A DNA stretch of 64,000 nt, from assembly GCA_964188305.1 (NCBI GenBank), contig OZ076886.1; one strand, given 5' to 3'. A program made the position numbers and the translations under genes. The number at the start of each line of letters is the position of its first letter. Position 1 is the first letter of the stretch. This DNA is from Podarcis bocagei. Its lineage: Eukaryota. Below are positions 61,601 to 64,000 of this stretch, piece by piece. Under the pieces are notes generated by a model. It was not told where the DNA came from. It did not search any database and was given only the letters and a program-made list of their open reading frames with translations.

Positions 61601-62994
61601 GAGTTTTTTGTAACATGCTAATTTATGAACATTTAATCCGCCATCTGTTTTAAAGTCCATTATTGATCAGATAAAAATTCTGACTCTATTGACAGCCTTC
61701 CTGGCAAGTAATGGGTGCTTCAAATGATTGCAAGTTGCAATCATTAGAGGGTGGGGACAGTTATGTGAATTTGCCATTTATATGTATGTGATTCCTATTG
61801 ACTTCCCTGGGACTCTGGTGCATCTGAGTGTATTTAGAACGGGATCTTTCCTGTTCTTTGATGCTGCAGTTCTTAGTTCTTAGGTTGTTGTTGTTATTTT
61901 AAAACATACTAATTTAAAGCATATTGCCCCTAGTAAACCCAAACGAGAAATGCTATCCAGTTTGTTTTAAAGCACACCAGCACTTTAATATTGTGGATTT
62001 ACTGTATACTGGTAGGAAGAGAGTATTCTGCTTTTGCCAGTGTATATTATGAGGGTAAACACTTGCTACCATGTCTGAGGGAGGAAAAAGAAAAATGTAA
62101 ATTCCATACTTGCAAACATTGCACATGGTATTTCTATAACTTTTAGGTAGATTACAGGTTATTTAAACTGTAGATAATTTGGAAGAAGATACAATGTTTT
62201 TGGCTTCTGTAAATTGCACTCAACAGAAAATCTGGTTTTGGACAGGAAAGGGGGGTTTATAATTGTAAAGTATGCCTCAGTTTCCCCTCAATGCCTCACT
62301 GACTATAATAACCCACATAGAATCTTTCACAAAAATTACTAGAGTAGCCGCGGTACCAATGTCCATTAACAACCTAGTAACTATTTTAGAACTTTGTATT
62401 TAATAGATAATATATTGTTAAACTGTATCAGGTATAGAGACCTAAAATTGGGTGTTTGGTGAGGGCAACAAAAGATGGTACTATTGGGGAATACTGGGTT
62501 AAAATGTTTTTTTATGAGTGTAAATCTTTACAAATGACAAAAACAAATGTGTACTATTAAAAGCTTTTGAAAAGAAAAGGCATGAACCCTGATTCTTTTA
62601 TTCTTAGTTATTTGATCTGTATATGCAAACAGCACATATCCATTATCAACGCTAGGCATGATCAGTGTCAGTCTACAAATAATGCACATCAATTTGTACA
62701 AACACGGGCAGTCGGCTTCAATGATCCAAACATTTCTTTACTGTCAACAGCAAGGGGTTCCTATGATGCACTGAAACTCCCACAGAATCTCTGTCTGGTT
62801 TTTTGTTAATGTACTGTGACAAATAATAATTAGAACTATTTTGGTCGTGAATGTTGCTCGTAGAGTACAGAGCTGTGGTGAAACCTGTGCCACTACGTTT
62901 CAGTTGATCTTTCTGCATGCCAACTTAAAGGAACACTTACCCACAGGAGCGGATGTTTCTTTTTTTGCAATGTAGGTTTGAATCACAGCTGTGC

Positions 62995-63088
62995 GTTGTC
63001 TGGTGGACAGCAACACGAGAACGGGCCTTTTCTGCAGTGGCTCCCCATTTGTGGAAGGCTCTCCCTGGGGAGGCTCGCCTAGCGCCTT
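62995..63088 (+). mobile_element. L2 ORF2 C-terminal fragment
   Basis: RERAFSAVAPHLWKALPGEARLAP resembles the RAFS-AP-LWN-LP motif of L2. Confidence 0.7.
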
Positions 63089-64000
63089 TGGCTGATGAAA
63101 AATGCTATGGCCTTAAAAAAAAAAAGTATATTATTATTATTCATAAAGAATTGTTATTGACATAAATACATACAAAATGCAGAATGAATAACGAATGTAA
63201 CAATAAAAATAGAAAAATAACATGAAATGAGAAAACAGAGGGGAGGGGAAACCTGGGAGACAACTGAGAGTGCAATGACACATACAATTATCACATAAAA
63301 GAAGAAAAGGGTGAGTCAATTTTGTTCTCAGCAGAGCCTCTCTCCACATATTTATCTGTGGAGCAGGGGTTTTAGTGGGCTCTGCAGACGAGTTAACATA
63401 GAAGGAAAACTTGAATAAATGTGGTCTGTTTCTGATGAACCATTAAGGGCTCTCTGTTTGTGTGTCAGGTGTTCTGACAGTGCAATGTACCATACAGGTT
63501 GAAAAACGACACAGTACAGCTAGAGAGCAAGAATCTTCCCTGGTCATCAGGTGAAGGACCCTCCTTCAGGGAGCATCCCCATGTTTCCAGGAAGTAACTG
63601 TCAACTGAACCCCCTAAGCACCTGTGCCCCTTGCCTCCACGGTAGCTGAGTGAGCAGGCCAGTTCCCCTTCCTCCCTCCAGAGAAGGAACTTATGTTTGC
63701 CCCATCCGTCCCCACAATCTGCCAGACAACAGCAGTGGCACCCAAGAAAGCACTGCCAAATTGCTTTTAAAATAGCATTGGATGGAAAGAGAGAGATAAT
63801 CCTGTATCTACTCAAAAATAAGTCCCATTGGTTTACAGAACAATCCTAACCATGTCTGCTAAAAAGCAAGTCCTATTGAATTCAGTAGGGTTCACTTCCA
63901 GGTAAATGGTATTAGGATTACAATTTTACTCCCAGGAAAGTGAGTATAGGGTGCTGCGAAGGGTCGGATTCAAAAAAAGGCTATGAATTAGACAAACCAC

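Noticed and set aside
63465-63815. 116-aa minus-strand ORF as a possible neighbouring gene exon
   Set aside because: Not recognisable as any protein, including the expected syntenic neighbours ABCC3 and ANKRD40; its start lies in a hairpin repeat

Overview
Vertebrate genomic DNA, very likely from a lacertid lizard (inferred from the repeat set: Squam1/Sauria and Squam3-like SINEs, BovB, CpG-retaining L2, Tc1/mariner and hAT MITEs). The + strand carries the 3' half of the T-type voltage-gated calcium channel gene CACNA1G (Cav3.1). I traced 17 coding exons (mammalian-equivalent exons 22-38, 3164-55220), all GT-AG with consistent phases, from the domain III S4-S5 linker to the stop codon, followed by the 3' UTR. 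The alternative-splicing features known from mammalian Cav3.1 all have counterparts here: two exon 25 donors (+/- SKEKQMA), cassette exons 26, 34 and 35, and an in-frame exitron in exon 38. The most notable extra observations are a 124-bp TSD-flanked Penelope-type insert carrying a minimal hammerhead ribozyme core, a 252-nt AG-free zone with a distant branch point before exon 34, candidate hidden or poison exons in the III-IV linker introns, tRNA-Asn and tRNA-Lys heads on the same CR1 tail, and a templated-insertion repair scar. I cannot demonstrate a wholly new biological system. Most ORFs in the supplied track are spurious. Comparisons to human Cav3.1 and to repeat consensuses are from memory, not from a search.
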